Assembly: GCA_963708295.1 (NCBI GenBank)
Contig: CAVPSJ010000004.1
Coordinates: forward strand, 32,001 to 96,000
Direction: 5' to 3'
DNA from: an uncultured delta proteobacterium
GTDB taxonomy: Bacteria > Desulfobacterota > BSN033 > UBA1163
DNA: 64,000 nucleotides
Part shown: in pieces, positions 1-10,101 of the stretch
Layout: each line of letters starts with the position of its first letter
Position numbering within the stretch: position 1 is the stretch's first letter
Made by a program: the position numbers and the translations under genes
The notes under the pieces: generated by a model
The model's input: the letters and a program-made list of their open reading frames with translations, nothing else
Database searches by the model: none
What the model was told of the DNA's origin: nothing

Positions 1-21
1 ACATACGGAGGGAACACGACG

Positions 22-222
22 ATGACATGTGCCTATTGCGGCAAATACATCACCGAAGAAGAAATAAGAAGTGAAACCTTCGTTTGGATTCGTGAATTTA
101 AGTATGGCAAGAAGAACGAGATGAAATGGATCGAGAGGGGCCTTTCCATCATCATTCACAAAAGATGCTTTGTGCCTTCTCATGTTGAGGAGCATCCTTG
201 TAAGCAAGGATTAGTAGAATAA
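22..222 (+). CDS. small hypothetical protein, possible Zn-binding (CxxC...HxxC)
   Basis: GGAGG RBS upstream of ATG; CAYC and HKRC motifs; no family recognised. Confidence 0.5.
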   Translation: MTCAYCGKYITEEEIRSETFVWIREFKYGKKNEMKWIERGLSIIIHKRCFVPSHVEEHPCKQGLVE

Positions 223-418
223 TGTCAATTTCAGCCGGTTGTTACCAATCATTTCATATCCCGCGCGACTCCATCAGGTCTTCTCTCTCCGAGAGAATGA
301 TCTTAAACATCTGATCTTTCTTCTTTGTCAGACAAACCGTCATGCGTCTGTGCAATTCTAATACGACGTTGGTCGAACAAGATACGGCGATAAATGAGGT
401 CTCGGGGCAAAGAGAATG

Positions 419-447
419 TTGAAAAGGCGTACTTTGAAGATTATAAT
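419..447 (+). promoter_or_regulatory. sigma-70 promoter of rpsD
   Basis: TTGAAA(419-424)-N17-TATAAT(442-447), followed by AGGAGG RBS. Confidence 0.75.
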
Positions 448-465
448 TTTAATAGGAGGCATAAA

Positions 466-1080
466 ATGGCTCGTTACATTGGTTCGACATGTAAAATATG
501 CCGGAAACTTAACTTTTCCGTGTGTGGGTCCGATCGCTGTGCCCTTTCACGAAGGAATACTCCTCCAGGAATGCACCCGAATCTTAGGAGGAAGATGAGT
601 GATTATAAGAAGCGCCTCTTGGAGAAGCAGAAACTGAGGTTCTCCTACTGGGTTTCTGAAAAGCAGTTCAGAAATTATGTGAAAGAGGCTTTTAAGAATC
701 CGGGGATCCCGGGCGAAACACTCGTCAGTCTTCTTGAACGTAGACTGGACAACGTTGTTTATCGCCTTGGGTTTGCTCCGACTCCTCTGGCTGCAAGACA
801 GTTGGTTGTTCACGGACACGTTCTGGTAAATGGCCGAAAGGTCGATCGTCCTTCTTACACCCTGAGACCCGGAGAGACACTCTCGCTCAAAGAAAAATCG
901 AGGAGAATGCCCCTCGTGGAGGAGGGATTGGCAAGGAGTCCTGCCAGACCCGTGCTTCCTTATATCCAGGTGGACAAGGAGAATTTCAAAGGGATGCTGA
1001 CCTCCATTCCTGAAAGGAATCAGATTCCTTTGGAGGTCAACGAAGCCCTGGTCATGGAACACTATACAAGATATATCTGA
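466..1080 (+). CDS. rpsD: 30S ribosomal protein S4 (four-Cys Zn-ribbon type), stand-alone copy
   Basis: MARYIG start after AGGAGG; LLEKQKLR, LERRLDNVVYRLGFA, ARQLVVHGHVLVNG motifs; CKIC...C...C. Confidence 0.97.
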   Translation: MARYIGSTCKICRKLNFSVCGSDRCALSRRNTPPGMHPNLRRKMSDYKKRLLEKQKLRFSYWVSEKQFRNYVKEAFKNPGIPGETLVSLLERRLDNVVYRLGFAPTPLAARQLVVHGHVLVNGRKVDRPSYTLRPGETLSLKEKSRRMPLVEEGLARSPARPVLPYIQVDKENFKGMLTSIPERNQIPLEVNEALVMEHYTRYI

Positions 1081-1352
1081 GGCCCCCCCACCCCTTCGAG
1101 TTTGTCAAAAACGGACCAAGGCTCGGAGGCCCAAGTCATCTTAAATATTTGGCAAACCCTACTCCAGATGTACAGATAATCCATTCCCAAGTAAAAAATT
1201 GTGTTAATTGTTAGCCTGAAATCAACAAGGAGCCAATTTAGAAAAGCATGTTCGATGTCAGTTGGTAGTCGATAGGTGGTTATTATCAAAGGCTCGCGGG
1301 AAATGACTCCGCCTTCTTATGTGCATTTCTATCATTCATTGTTTTCATTGAT

Positions 1353-2333
1353 TCATTCCTCGCCGGGGATAAAGGCAACTTCGGCTTTTTCAGTATCGAA
1401 ATCATTCTTCGGAAATATCAACGAAGTGACGATCGCCAATACAAGCAGTCCGAACACTACACCCAGGGCCAGCTCGATCTGAATCTTATAGAAATCCTGG
1501 ATGAGCATCTTGACGCCAATAAATCCAAGAATGATCGCCAGTGCGTACTTGAGGTAGTGGAACAACTGCATCACACCCGCAAGGGCAAAGTACAATGCCC
1601 GCAACCCCAGAATCGCAAATACGTTAGATGTGTAAACGATGAACAAATCCTGCGATATACCCAGTACCGCCGGGATCGAGTCGAGTGCAAAGACCAGATC
1701 GGTGCTTTCTATCACGACAAGAGTCGCAAGTAACGGTGTCGCGTAAAGCACACCATTGATTCGCACAAGAAACTTTTCTTTATGCAATTCAGTCGAGAGC
1801 GGGAGGTAACGCGACACGAATTTCAGCGCTGGGTTCTTGCCCGGATCAATCTTTCCTTCGATGCCCTTGATCAGCCGGTATGCAGTAAGGATTAGGATCG
1901 CGCCAAAAATGTAGAGCATCCATTTAAAGCCGTGTACCAATTCAATGCCAATGACGATGAGGATCGCTCGCATCACAATTGCGCCGAAAATGCCCCATCG
2001 CAGGACGCGCGGCTGATACATCGGATGGATACCGAAGTAACCGAATACTACCAGAAAAACGAACAGGTTGTCTACGCTGAGCGACTTTTCAACGACATAA
2101 GCGGTGAGATACATCAATGCTTTCTCAGAGCCCAGTTGGTAATACACGAACACATTAAAGAGCAGGGCCGTACCGATCCAGATTGAACTCCAGATTAGCG
2201 CGGATTTGATTGTGACGATACGCGCCTTGCGGTTGACTAAGTAAAGATCAATATAGAGCATAAGGCCAACGGCGACGCTGAAGCCGGCAAACATCATTAA
2301 TTGGTGTGAGGCAGTATCTCCCAATCCAAACAT
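1353..2333 (-). CDS. TerC/Alx family metal-homeostasis membrane protein
   Basis: EKSLSVDNLFVF, DLVFALDSIPAV, TSNVFAILGLRALYF signatures. Confidence 0.93.
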   Translation of the reverse strand: MFGLGDTASHQLMMFAGFSVAVGLMLYIDLYLVNRKARIVTIKSALIWSSIWIGTALLFNVFVYYQLGSEKALMYLTAYVVEKSLSVDNLFVFLVVFGYFGIHPMYQPRVLRWGIFGAIVMRAILIVIGIELVHGFKWMLYIFGAILILTAYRLIKGIEGKIDPGKNPALKFVSRYLPLSTELHKEKFLVRINGVLYATPLLATLVVIESTDLVFALDSIPAVLGISQDLFIVYTSNVFAILGLRALYFALAGVMQLFHYLKYALAIILGFIGVKMLIQDFYKIQIELALGVVFGLLVLAIVTSLIFPKNDFDTEKAEVAFIPGEE

Positions 2334-2505
2334 AACCTGTCTCTCCTTTTCAAAGTGAAATCAGGGTCCATGGTGAGACTCGATGAGATACTTGAAGCTT
2401 GTTCGGACCATTTCTGGTTAGGCACCCATCGACCTCATACACTTCTGATACCCCAAAGAAGACCCTAAATTACGACGGATTTCATTGAGAGTCCGCATAA
2501 CGTTT

Positions 2506-3274
2506 CTAGATAGGTTTTGTTAGTTTGTCTATCAAATCATCCAACGGCTTTAAGGAAACATCCTCGGTCGAGTCCGACTCATAATAAGCAAAAGGGTTAT
2601 CCAAGTCTCTAATGAGCAAAATTAGAAAAGTCAGTAGGAACGTGATTACTCCGACGAAAAAAAGCGACTCGTAGAACGGATCTATTTTGGAAAAAATGAG
2701 GCCAAGAGTGAGAAGAACCGTCGTTATTTCAGCAATCATATACCCCGATGACACAAAAGAGGTTTCGCGAACTGTATGGATACGCACCAGTATACGCCGG
2801 ATGTTGGTTTGTTCCTGTTTTAACCGTGCGATAAAGGTCGCCTGAGTCAGAGGTTCAAAGGCCGCAAAAGAAGTCACTCAGACCACTCAGTCTTTCCATT
2901 GTATCCTTTGTGCGTTCCTTTTTGTAAAACCAATTCTTTACAGCAATCGTAAATTGATGAAGGTATGTTAAACATTCTTTTGCTACTGGGGCGTTCTTGT
3001 TTTTGTAAATCGTCAGGGCCTCCTCAACGATTGATTCAATGCTGGTTGTCAACTCCCCAGGAAGCCTCTCACTTTCTTTATAATCGGTTAGAATCCCAGA
3101 CAGAAGAAAGCCCATTAGAAACACATTGGCTGCAACGATGCCTGACAAAAGAGGATTCAAAGAGATAATCTCCCATCCAAACCAATGGGCAATAAGCTTA
3201 AAAAAAATAACAACCCCTACGATCAGAGTGACCTGAAGAGCTAATCGGTATTTTTTGTGAATTTTCCTGGGCAT
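2506..3274 (-). CDS. membrane protein (DUF4239/bestrophin-like), split by a frameshift near 2870
   Basis: ORFs 2855-3313 and 2506-2877 join into one protein; DYKESERLPGE and LIRDLDNPF motifs. Confidence 0.65.
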
Positions 3275-3300
3275 CTTTGTTCCCTTTCTCTCTGTAAGAT

Positions 3301-3960
3301 TCACTCTTTGCACCTTCTTTTCTTATTCATAAGAACAACTCCATAGATTAACAACAGGAGCAGTAACAAGCCTCCAATTGCCACTGGCGGTGTCCAGAAA
3401 TCCTTAGGAGAGGCGCTATAAATACCAAGGACGCCAAAAATAATAAAGACTAATGCGGCGAACCACTTAACAACACGTTCGGGTATTTTCTTTCCCAGAA
3501 CGATGCCAACAATGATGCCTAATGCGTCCGCAATCACCATGCCACACGTTGTACCAAGCCATATTTGAATGATGCTGTCAAATCGGGTGGCTAATGCAAC
3601 GGTCGCAAGTTGGGTCTTATCTCCCATCTCGGCAATGAAAAAGGCAATGGCAACTGTCCAGAAGGGGCTGTACTTAAACTTTTTATCTTCATCCTTGAGT
3701 TCATCCCCTCGTAGGGTCCAAAGGCCAAACAAGATGAAAGATGCGGCCCCCGCGATTTGTATGTATTGGAGAGGCACAATATTTGTGAGGACACTTCCTG
3801 CGGCTACGGCGAGGAGATGGTTAAGAAGTGTTGCTACAAAAACTGCAAACATCACGGTTTGCCAACGGTATCTGGATGCAAAGGCCATGGCGAGTAATTG
3901 GGTCTTATCACCCATTTCAGCCAAAACCACGAATACCAGGGACGTAATATATGCCGTCAT
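3301..3960 (-). CDS. TMEM165/GDT1 (UPF0016) family Mn/Ca exporter
   Basis: two AEMGDKTQL (ExGDKT) repeats; GGAGG RBS; lies downstream of Mn riboswitch. Confidence 0.95.
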   Translation of the reverse strand: MTAYITSLVFVVLAEMGDKTQLLAMAFASRYRWQTVMFAVFVATLLNHLLAVAAGSVLTNIVPLQYIQIAGAASFILFGLWTLRGDELKDEDKKFKYSPFWTVAIAFFIAEMGDKTQLATVALATRFDSIIQIWLGTTCGMVIADALGIIVGIVLGKKIPERVVKWFAALVFIIFGVLGIYSASPKDFWTPPVAIGGLLLLLLLIYGVVLMNKKRRCKE

Positions 3961-3980
3961 ACCCTATCCTCCCTCCAAAT

Positions 3981-4034
3981 AAAAAGCGAGACGCTTTAGC
4001 ACAGACGGGTAAGGTCTACACTAAAGGTCTCGCT
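3981..4034 (-). terminator. riboswitch expression-platform intrinsic terminator
   Basis: minus strand AGCGAGACCTTTAGTGTAGAC-loop-GTCTGTGCTAAAGCGTCTCGCT then T-run; 5' arm overlaps aptamer 3' end. Confidence 0.8.
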
Positions 4035-4112
4035 AATTGGCTTCAACCAACGGTAAGGCCAGGCAACCTGCGCCGGTATGTTGACCTTACCTCGTTAGCT
4101 ACTCCCCTTCAG
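4021..4112 (-). ncRNA. yybP-ykoY manganese riboswitch
   Basis: minus strand AAGGGGAGTAGC...GGTCAACATAC...CCTGGCC...GCGAGACCTT matches family consensus; upstream of UPF0016 and TerC. Confidence 0.93.
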
Positions 4113-4218
4113 GATAGCTTGGTTTATAAGATAATAATCTCTGAAGTTCAAGTTTTTCTTTGCCCGAAGCTCCTTCCCGATTCCTTCGTCTGGAGGGAGT
4201 CCGGTTTAGTCTGTGCTG

Positions 4219-4449
4219 TTACCGGTTGGACAAAAATAACATATCTCTGTTTCCTACCCCTCTTCGTGTGATCAGGGTGAGAGAAAGATCGGTGTATTTG
4301 CTGATTAGTTCCTCATAATCATTAAATTCAACGAGGCAGAATACTCTGTCTTTTGAACGGAAGAGATCGACGATCTCTTTCTCATTTTCAATTTCCAAAA
4401 TGATGAGCCGTCTGATCTGTTGAACGGTTTTGGATGTGAATGCAGTCAT
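4219..4449 (-). CDS. hypothetical protein or gene remnant
   Basis: 76-aa ORF, plausible composition, weak start; may be a C-terminal fragment. Confidence 0.3.
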   Translation of the reverse strand: MTAFTSKTVQQIRRLIILEIENEKEIVDLFRSKDRVFCLVEFNDYEELISKYTDLSLTLITRRGVGNRDMLFLSNR

Positions 4450-4487
4450 ACATTAATCTCGTTCTAAGCCATTCTCGGTTCTCTAAA

Positions 4488-5136
4488 TCAAATTGGTTTC
4501 TTCTTCCTGAGCTTATAATAAAGGTACGCCAGGACTCCTACCATCCCGATCAGCATCAATATCGAAACAAATGTCTCCGCCGAATTCAAACGGGTCGCTG
4601 CCTTTTCATACGTGGCTCCAATCCACCATCCGACGAAGGCCAGGGAAAAACATCGGAACATTGAACCAAGAAATGTATAAGACTGTGAAGGGTTTAAGAG
4701 GGACACGCAGAAGTCCCGCGAAGATCGAGACGAGAGAGATGGGAAAGACCGGTATGGCCCTGGAGAAGAAAATGGCTATGGCCTCCTTTTTTCCCTGAAA
4801 CCGTTTCTCCAAATTTTCTATCTCTTCCCAATCGACGCCCAGAAAGCGCTGGAAACGAAGGACCAAGGCCTTCCCTCCGTAGTAACTGATTATATATCCG
4901 ATATACGAACCTAATGTAGAAGCAATGGACCCGGGGAGAACGATGGTCCAGAAGATCCGGAGAAAAGCATTGGGAATAGAAAGTTCGGGTGAAATAAGGA
5001 TTGCTCCCGCCCCCATGATGATCAACGGAGATGGGATGGGTACAACGATTTGTTCGATCATCACCCCGATGAAGACCGAGAGCTGACCATTCGCCCTCAT
5101 CAACTCCATAATCCAGTTCGTGATTTCTGAAATCAT
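4488..5136 (-). CDS. DedA/VTT family membrane protein, frameshift near 4680
   Basis: EQIVVPIPSPLI, GSYIGYIISYYGG, FFSRAIP motifs; C-terminus continues in ORF 4488-4706. Confidence 0.85.
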
Positions 5137-5190
5137 AGGTATTCCACCACTTCCTTTACGATGCGCTAGCCGCCTACGGCTACCTGCCGA

Positions 5191-5604
5191 TTAGCGATCT
5201 TTGTGTGAATGAGTTTTCCTTATAAAGTAGTATCCAAACAACAGGGCAAAAATGACAGCTGCAATTCCAACAAGAGTGGGGCCAGCAAGATCCTTAGGAT
5301 CAAGAATAATCACTTTCCGACCGATTGCAATCAGTGCAGCCATGAGCACTACTTCTACGTGGAGTTCGTTTTCCGTAAGATAGGTCTTAAGTGTATATAC
5401 CAGCTCAATGCCGACCAAGACCAATAGGAAAAGACCGAAAATATCCAGCAGCTCCTTTGGTTCGGCTGTAAAGAAAGGCGGCGTGATTATCTCCTTGATA
5501 ATAAGCCACCCCAATTCAATGGTAACGAGAACGATCGTTATAGCCATCATCACGATAAGGGATGTGATAATGATACGTTCAAATATTTTTAGATAGTTCG
5601 ACAT
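5191..5604 (-). CDS. PsiE family membrane protein
   Basis: four TM helices; LLVLVGIELV and ALIAIGRKVIILD motifs. Confidence 0.85.
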   Translation of the reverse strand: MSNYLKIFERIIITSLIVMMAITIVLVTIELGWLIIKEIITPPFFTAEPKELLDIFGLFLLVLVGIELVYTLKTYLTENELHVEVVLMAALIAIGRKVIILDPKDLAGPTLVGIAAVIFALLFGYYFIRKTHSHKDR

Positions 5605-5726
5605 TCCCTAATCCTTGCAGGTCAACAGTCCGGGGACGTAGTCCACAGTTGTTTTCTAAAACGAATGCATCCACGAAACGAATCAGGCCATGCCATTACG
5701 ATAATAAAGCTGTAAAGCTTGCAGCT

Positions 5727-6738
5727 TTAGGGCTGTTGAATCGCGGATAGCTTCCAAGGGTGATTTCCAACCGGACGAGTGAAGGTCCAGTACTCTTCGA
5801 ATTTGACCGGATCGATCTTGCTGCCGGAAATTACCTGCCCCGTTGATTCATCAACCGTGTAATCCAGAATGTTAGCCAGAAATCTAACGGTAATGTAGTC
5901 CGATCCTGACTCCTGCCAAACCTCGACCAGATCGACCGATCTCACGGCAATATTATCAAGGCGATTGACTTTTTTCTCCCGCCTCAATTCATCCACATCT
6001 GTTTTGAGGGTCGAAAAGACTTCAGAGGTCAACAATCCCTTGACAGGCTCCAGGTCCCTGTTAGCCCATCCCGCCTGGATCTTGAAGAAGATGTCCGAAC
6101 TGGTCTCCCTAAAAACAGCTTCATCAAACGTAGGGTCCATTTGACGGATGTGCTGGAGGCCGAGATCGACATCTGATCTCTGAGAGGGAGGCAACGGGGC
6201 CTTCAGTGCCCGGCATCTGGGTGGGTCCCGCGGCATACGACTCATAGGTAGGACTCCCGTAACAATACTGTGTCCCTGCATTGGACTCATTTCGAGCCAA
6301 CGCGACTCTCCGCCTGCTTTTAAAGTACCAGTAGACTCCAAACAGGAGGGCCGCTCCCAGGAGGATCTCAAAGAGTCCGATACCGCCACCGAAACCACCC
6401 CCTGTGCCTGCAAACCCTAGACCCCTGAAGAGCATGGATCCCAGGAGGCCGCCCATAAGCCCTCCGGCCAGTCCTCGCAGGAATCCTCCTGAAGAAGGCT
6501 GCTGAAACGGACCAGGCTGGGGATTGGTGGGTCTCGTCTGTGCGCCATAGGATCCGGGATCGCTCTTCGGTTGCGACGGTGAGCTATAGCTTCGGCTTGG
6601 CCCGGAGGGCCGAGACCCTCGGCTTCCCGAAGACCTCCCGCCTCCTGCACGGGCGAAGGCATCCAGTTCTAAGACCCCGAAGAATAGATAGATAAACGCC
6701 GCGAAAAAAACCAGGCCTTTTCTGAATCCTTTTTTCAT
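5727..6738 (-). CDS. Tim44 domain protein, frameshift near 6200
   Basis: ARAGGGRSSGSRG N-terminus, Gly-rich TM region, C-terminal DPTFDE...FEEYWTFTR...WKLSAIQQ. Confidence 0.88.
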
Positions 6739-6811
6739 TCTTTTATTCCTCCTTTTCTCTCAACATAAGAATCTATACTGATGTATCCAGTTTGGCAATT
6801 TACCTCACCCA

Positions 6812-7222
6812 TTACGTCATCCTCTTTGACTCCAATAACTGTTTGGCCAAAATGATGCTTCTCCTTCCTGACTTCTTCACTAACTTACCGATTTCTCTGA
6901 GGGACCTTCCTTTTCGATAACTTGAAAGGGTTAACAACATAGGCATGTTTACCCCAGTCACCAATTCAACCTTCTCATTCTCCAAAAAGGATAGGCTGAG
7001 GTTGGTGGCTGTTCCCCCCAGAACATCCGTTAAGATTACAACTCCATCTCCATCATTCACTTTTACAATTTCTTGTCGAATCCTATCTTTAATCTCTTTC
7101 TCCCGATCTTTAGGCCAAATCGAAACTCCTCTTATCTTTTGCTGTTTTCCCACGAGAAACTGAAGCGATGAGATTAAAGCTTCCGCAAATCCTCCATGAG
7201 ATACAATTAGAACTCCGACCAT
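6812..7222 (-). CDS. PTS mannose/fructose-type EIIA component
   Basis: MVGVLIVSHG, LTDVLGGT, VTGVNMPML; GAGGAGG RBS before ATG 7222. Confidence 0.9.
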   Translation of the reverse strand: MVGVLIVSHGGFAEALISSLQFLVGKQQKIRGVSIWPKDREKEIKDRIRQEIVKVNDGDGVVILTDVLGGTATNLSLSFLENEKVELVTGVNMPMLLTLSSYRKGRSLREIGKLVKKSGRRSIILAKQLLESKRMT

Positions 7223-7425
7223 TTTCCCCTCCTCTAATTTCTTTCTTAAAAAAATCATTCTATGGATCAATTTTCTTAATTCTCGGATGCAGAACGATTT
7301 CTCCAAGCAGACAGTGGCTCTCAGGCATTGAACTCCTTTGCCTCCATAGGCAGTTAACACGATAATAGGAATCCAGGTTGAAATTTGCCGTTAGGATAGA
7401 GAAGGTTCTTGGGCTGATAACAAAT

Positions 7426-7758
7426 TTAAAGGATGGATGTAGGTGGGCGGAATATTGACTTTACAACCCCCTGATCAAGTAGAACCTCGAGGGCTATCGG
7501 GATTAAAGGTGAAACAGCCTTCAGCTGATAAATTTCCGTATCCTCATGGATAAATGGATCGATGGAGTCTTCTAAAGATACGCAATTGGGGCATTCGGGC
7601 GTCCTAGGATCACATTGGTTTGTATCACAGGGACTTTGGGATCCAGAGCCGGGAGTATTTCCCAATGGGGAAAAGTCATGCGCCCCTAAGAGGGAGGGGA
7701 TAATGACAAGAACAACCAGGATACTGCTAATCAATCTCCATAGCATAGTGAGAAACAT
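7426..7758 (-). CDS. small exported Cys-rich protein ending IFRPP (DUF2946-like)
   Basis: N-terminal hydrophobic segment, CPNC motif, C-terminal SIFRPPTSIL. Confidence 0.6.
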   Translation of the reverse strand: MFLTMLWRLISSILVVLVIIPSLLGAHDFSPLGNTPGSGSQSPCDTNQCDPRTPECPNCVSLEDSIDPFIHEDTEIYQLKAVSPLIPIALEVLLDQGVVKSIFRPPTSIL

Positions 7759-8160
7759 TTAACATGGTTACATGTACCTGTCAAGAGACTCCCAACAACA
7801 ACCTCACAACAACCTTTCCCTCTCCCAGTGTTTATGGCCACTTTGCTTGGCGCAAATGGAGTTGTGGGCGAGGGAGAAGAAGACCTTCAGCAGCAGCCTC
7901 CCAAATTATTTTCAGTAGCAAGACGATGGCCCGTTCGACCCATGAAGATGGGTGAGAATTAGCATCGCAAGGGTTACGACTTCTGCCATGTCTCCTCTGT
8001 TTTCAAATCATTTAAAATGCTTGCTTATCTCCGACCCCTGAAGCATGCTTTTGTTGAAGACAGGTCGAAGCATCGATTGATGCTTGACCTCCCCGTATTT
8101 GGCCAAATGCAATTTGCAGTGGGTCTATCCCTGCTTAAGACTCTCGACCTTAAATTTCCA

Positions 8161-8718
8161 TCAATAATCGATCCCCGGTTGGGGCTCGATCCCTTTTCTG
8201 TAAGCATGCTTAATTTCATTAATTTCGCTCACCGTATCCGCAAGTTCGATGACTTGAGGATGAGCGTCTCTTCCAGTTAAAACGAGATGCATCGCGGCAG
8301 GTTTTTGCCGGATGACCTCCAATACCTGCTCCAGGTCCACCAGGTGCAAGGAAAGGGCATTATTGATTTCGTCAAGGATAAGGATATCAAACTGTCCCGA
8401 CTCCATCTTCTGGCGGGCTAATCGGATTGCCTCCTGGGCGTTTTCCCGATGCTCTTTATAGGGGTAGGGATTCCCTTGAATACCGCAAAACCCTTTCCCC
8501 GTTGAAATCAGCTCGACCTGACAGTTCATCTTCTTAATGCCGTCCCATTCACCCGCATAGATGTCGCCCTTCATAAATTGAATCATTGAAGTCTTTAAAT
8601 TGTGGCCGCAGGCCCGTACCATAATCCCGAGAGCAGTCGTCGTCTTCCCCTTTCCGCTGCCGGTGATGACTACCACCAATCCCTTCGGAACTTTAGGAAT
8701 CAATCTTGTTATCTCCAC
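8161..8718 (-). CDS. cobO: cob(I)yrinic acid a,c-diamide adenosyltransferase
   Basis: TGSGKGKTTTALG, IQFMKG, ILDEIN, LVLTGR, KHAYRKGI...GIDY. Confidence 0.93.
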   Translation of the reverse strand: MEITRLIPKVPKGLVVVITGSGKGKTTTALGIMVRACGHNLKTSMIQFMKGDIYAGEWDGIKKMNCQVELISTGKGFCGIQGNPYPYKEHRENAQEAIRLARQKMESGQFDILILDEINNALSLHLVDLEQVLEVIRQKPAAMHLVLTGRDAHPQVIELADTVSEINEIKHAYRKGIEPQPGIDY

Positions 8719-8977
8719 CGCTTCACCCTCCTCTCATTTAAGAATAGCCCAGTTTGATTGCCTTTTCACGCGATTTCTTAGACGAACCATCTCCTCGCCT
8801 TCTTATTTCTTTCCTCTTCGGACAGGCGGGTTACATTCCTTCTTGTTGATCTCTTGGCCGGGCGACCCTCCGAGGCCGGCTTCATTTTCGACCGTTCGGG
8901 TGTTGTTGAGTTAAAGAGCACCGGGGCCTCGAACAAAAACTTATTTACAATTTAAATTTCCTCTCCGCTGCTGTAGA

Positions 8978-9586
8978 ATGAATAGATCAACCCAAGCCAT
9001 GGAGGGCGTTTTGAAAACCGACCAGAAAAGGTGGGACAAACGATTCGGGAGGAAAGAATTCGCTCTCGGGAGAAAACCGAACCCTTTTCTGAAAAGAGTT
9101 ATCCACCTCCTTCCCAAGGGAAAAGCGCTCGATATGGCGACGGGCGAAGGAAGAAATGCAGTCTTTCTGGCTCAACATGGGTTTGAGGTGGATGCCGTGG
9201 ATATCTCTGAGAAGGGGCTGAAGAAAGCCGGAAAATTAGCTCGAGAAACAGGAGTCAAGGTGAACGCCCTTCTCGTTGACCTCGATGATTATCAGATTGA
9301 AAAAGACCGGTACGATCTCATTGCTAACTTCTATTTTCTCAAGCGCCGTCTCATCCCAAGAATCAAAAAAGGACTTAAGAAAGGAGGAAAGGTCATTTTT
9401 GAGACTTACCTCCTTGAACACAGAAAGCTGGCCGCAGGAGGGCCCAGGCAAGCGAAATATTTCTTAAAACCGAACGAACTTCTCAGGTTCTTTAAAGACT
9501 TCCGAATCCTGTTTTATCGCGAAGGAGTCTTCAGGGAGGGTGGAAGAAGAAAAGCGGTGGCAAGTCTGATTGCTGAAAAAATCTAA
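8978..9586 (+). CDS. class I SAM-dependent methyltransferase (TehB-like)
   Basis: ALDMATGEGRNAVFLA, AVDIS motifs; true start may be slightly downstream. Confidence 0.88.
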   Translation: MNRSTQAMEGVLKTDQKRWDKRFGRKEFALGRKPNPFLKRVIHLLPKGKALDMATGEGRNAVFLAQHGFEVDAVDISEKGLKKAGKLARETGVKVNALLVDLDDYQIEKDRYDLIANFYFLKRRLIPRIKKGLKKGGKVIFETYLLEHRKLAAGGPRQAKYFLKPNELLRFFKDFRILFYREGVFREGGRRKAVASLIAEKI

Positions 9587-9692
9587 AAAAGGGCTCGAGG
9601 ACTCGAAGGTTCACGGCCCTCGTAAGAAAATCAGGATTGACCTCTGATTGAGTTATTCCCCTTCATCCCCTAAACCTTGGCCCCTTGATCCC

Positions 9693-10010
9693 TCAGCTGA
9701 TAAATCCCAATCCCCAGTAAACCAGCATTCCTAAGATCACCGACGCCCAAAGACGCTTTACCTTCCAGGAAAAGATAAAGACAGAAACGGCAGAAACAAG
9801 ATAAAGAGGCTGAATGGCAACCTTCGCTCCTTCATTGAAGAATAGGATTGGGAAAACGATTGCGCTCAAGATGGCCGTCGGGAGATAACCTAATCCCATC
9901 TTAACCTTTTCTGGGATAACCCATCGGGTCAACAAAGCCATCGGCAGGAAACGGGGTAAAAAGGTTACGACTGCCATTCCAAAAATAATCGCCAACATCT
10001 CTTCTCTCAT
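9693..10010 (-). CDS. azlD: AzlD domain protein
   Basis: GMAVVTFLPRFLP; downstream of azlC. Confidence 0.88.
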   Translation of the reverse strand: MREEMLAIIFGMAVVTFLPRFLPMALLTRWVIPEKVKMGLGYLPTAILSAIVFPILFFNEGAKVAIQPLYLVSAVSVFIFSWKVKRLWASVILGMLVYWGLGFIS

Positions 10011-10101
10011 ATATCCATCCTGTTTCTAATGATCTTCCTTTGGACTTCGAACTCTTATTATTTTCTTATGGTTTTTCTTTGAGCTTTGAGCTTGCTTTCC
10101 A

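Noticed and set aside
394-465. N-terminal extension of rpsD in the ORF track
   Set aside because: Promoter and AGGAGG RBS lie within it; true start is 466.
8720-8960. Possible cobalamin riboswitch upstream of cobO
   Set aside because: No recognisable B12-box or conserved GGGAA/GCCACTG elements; only a GC hairpin.
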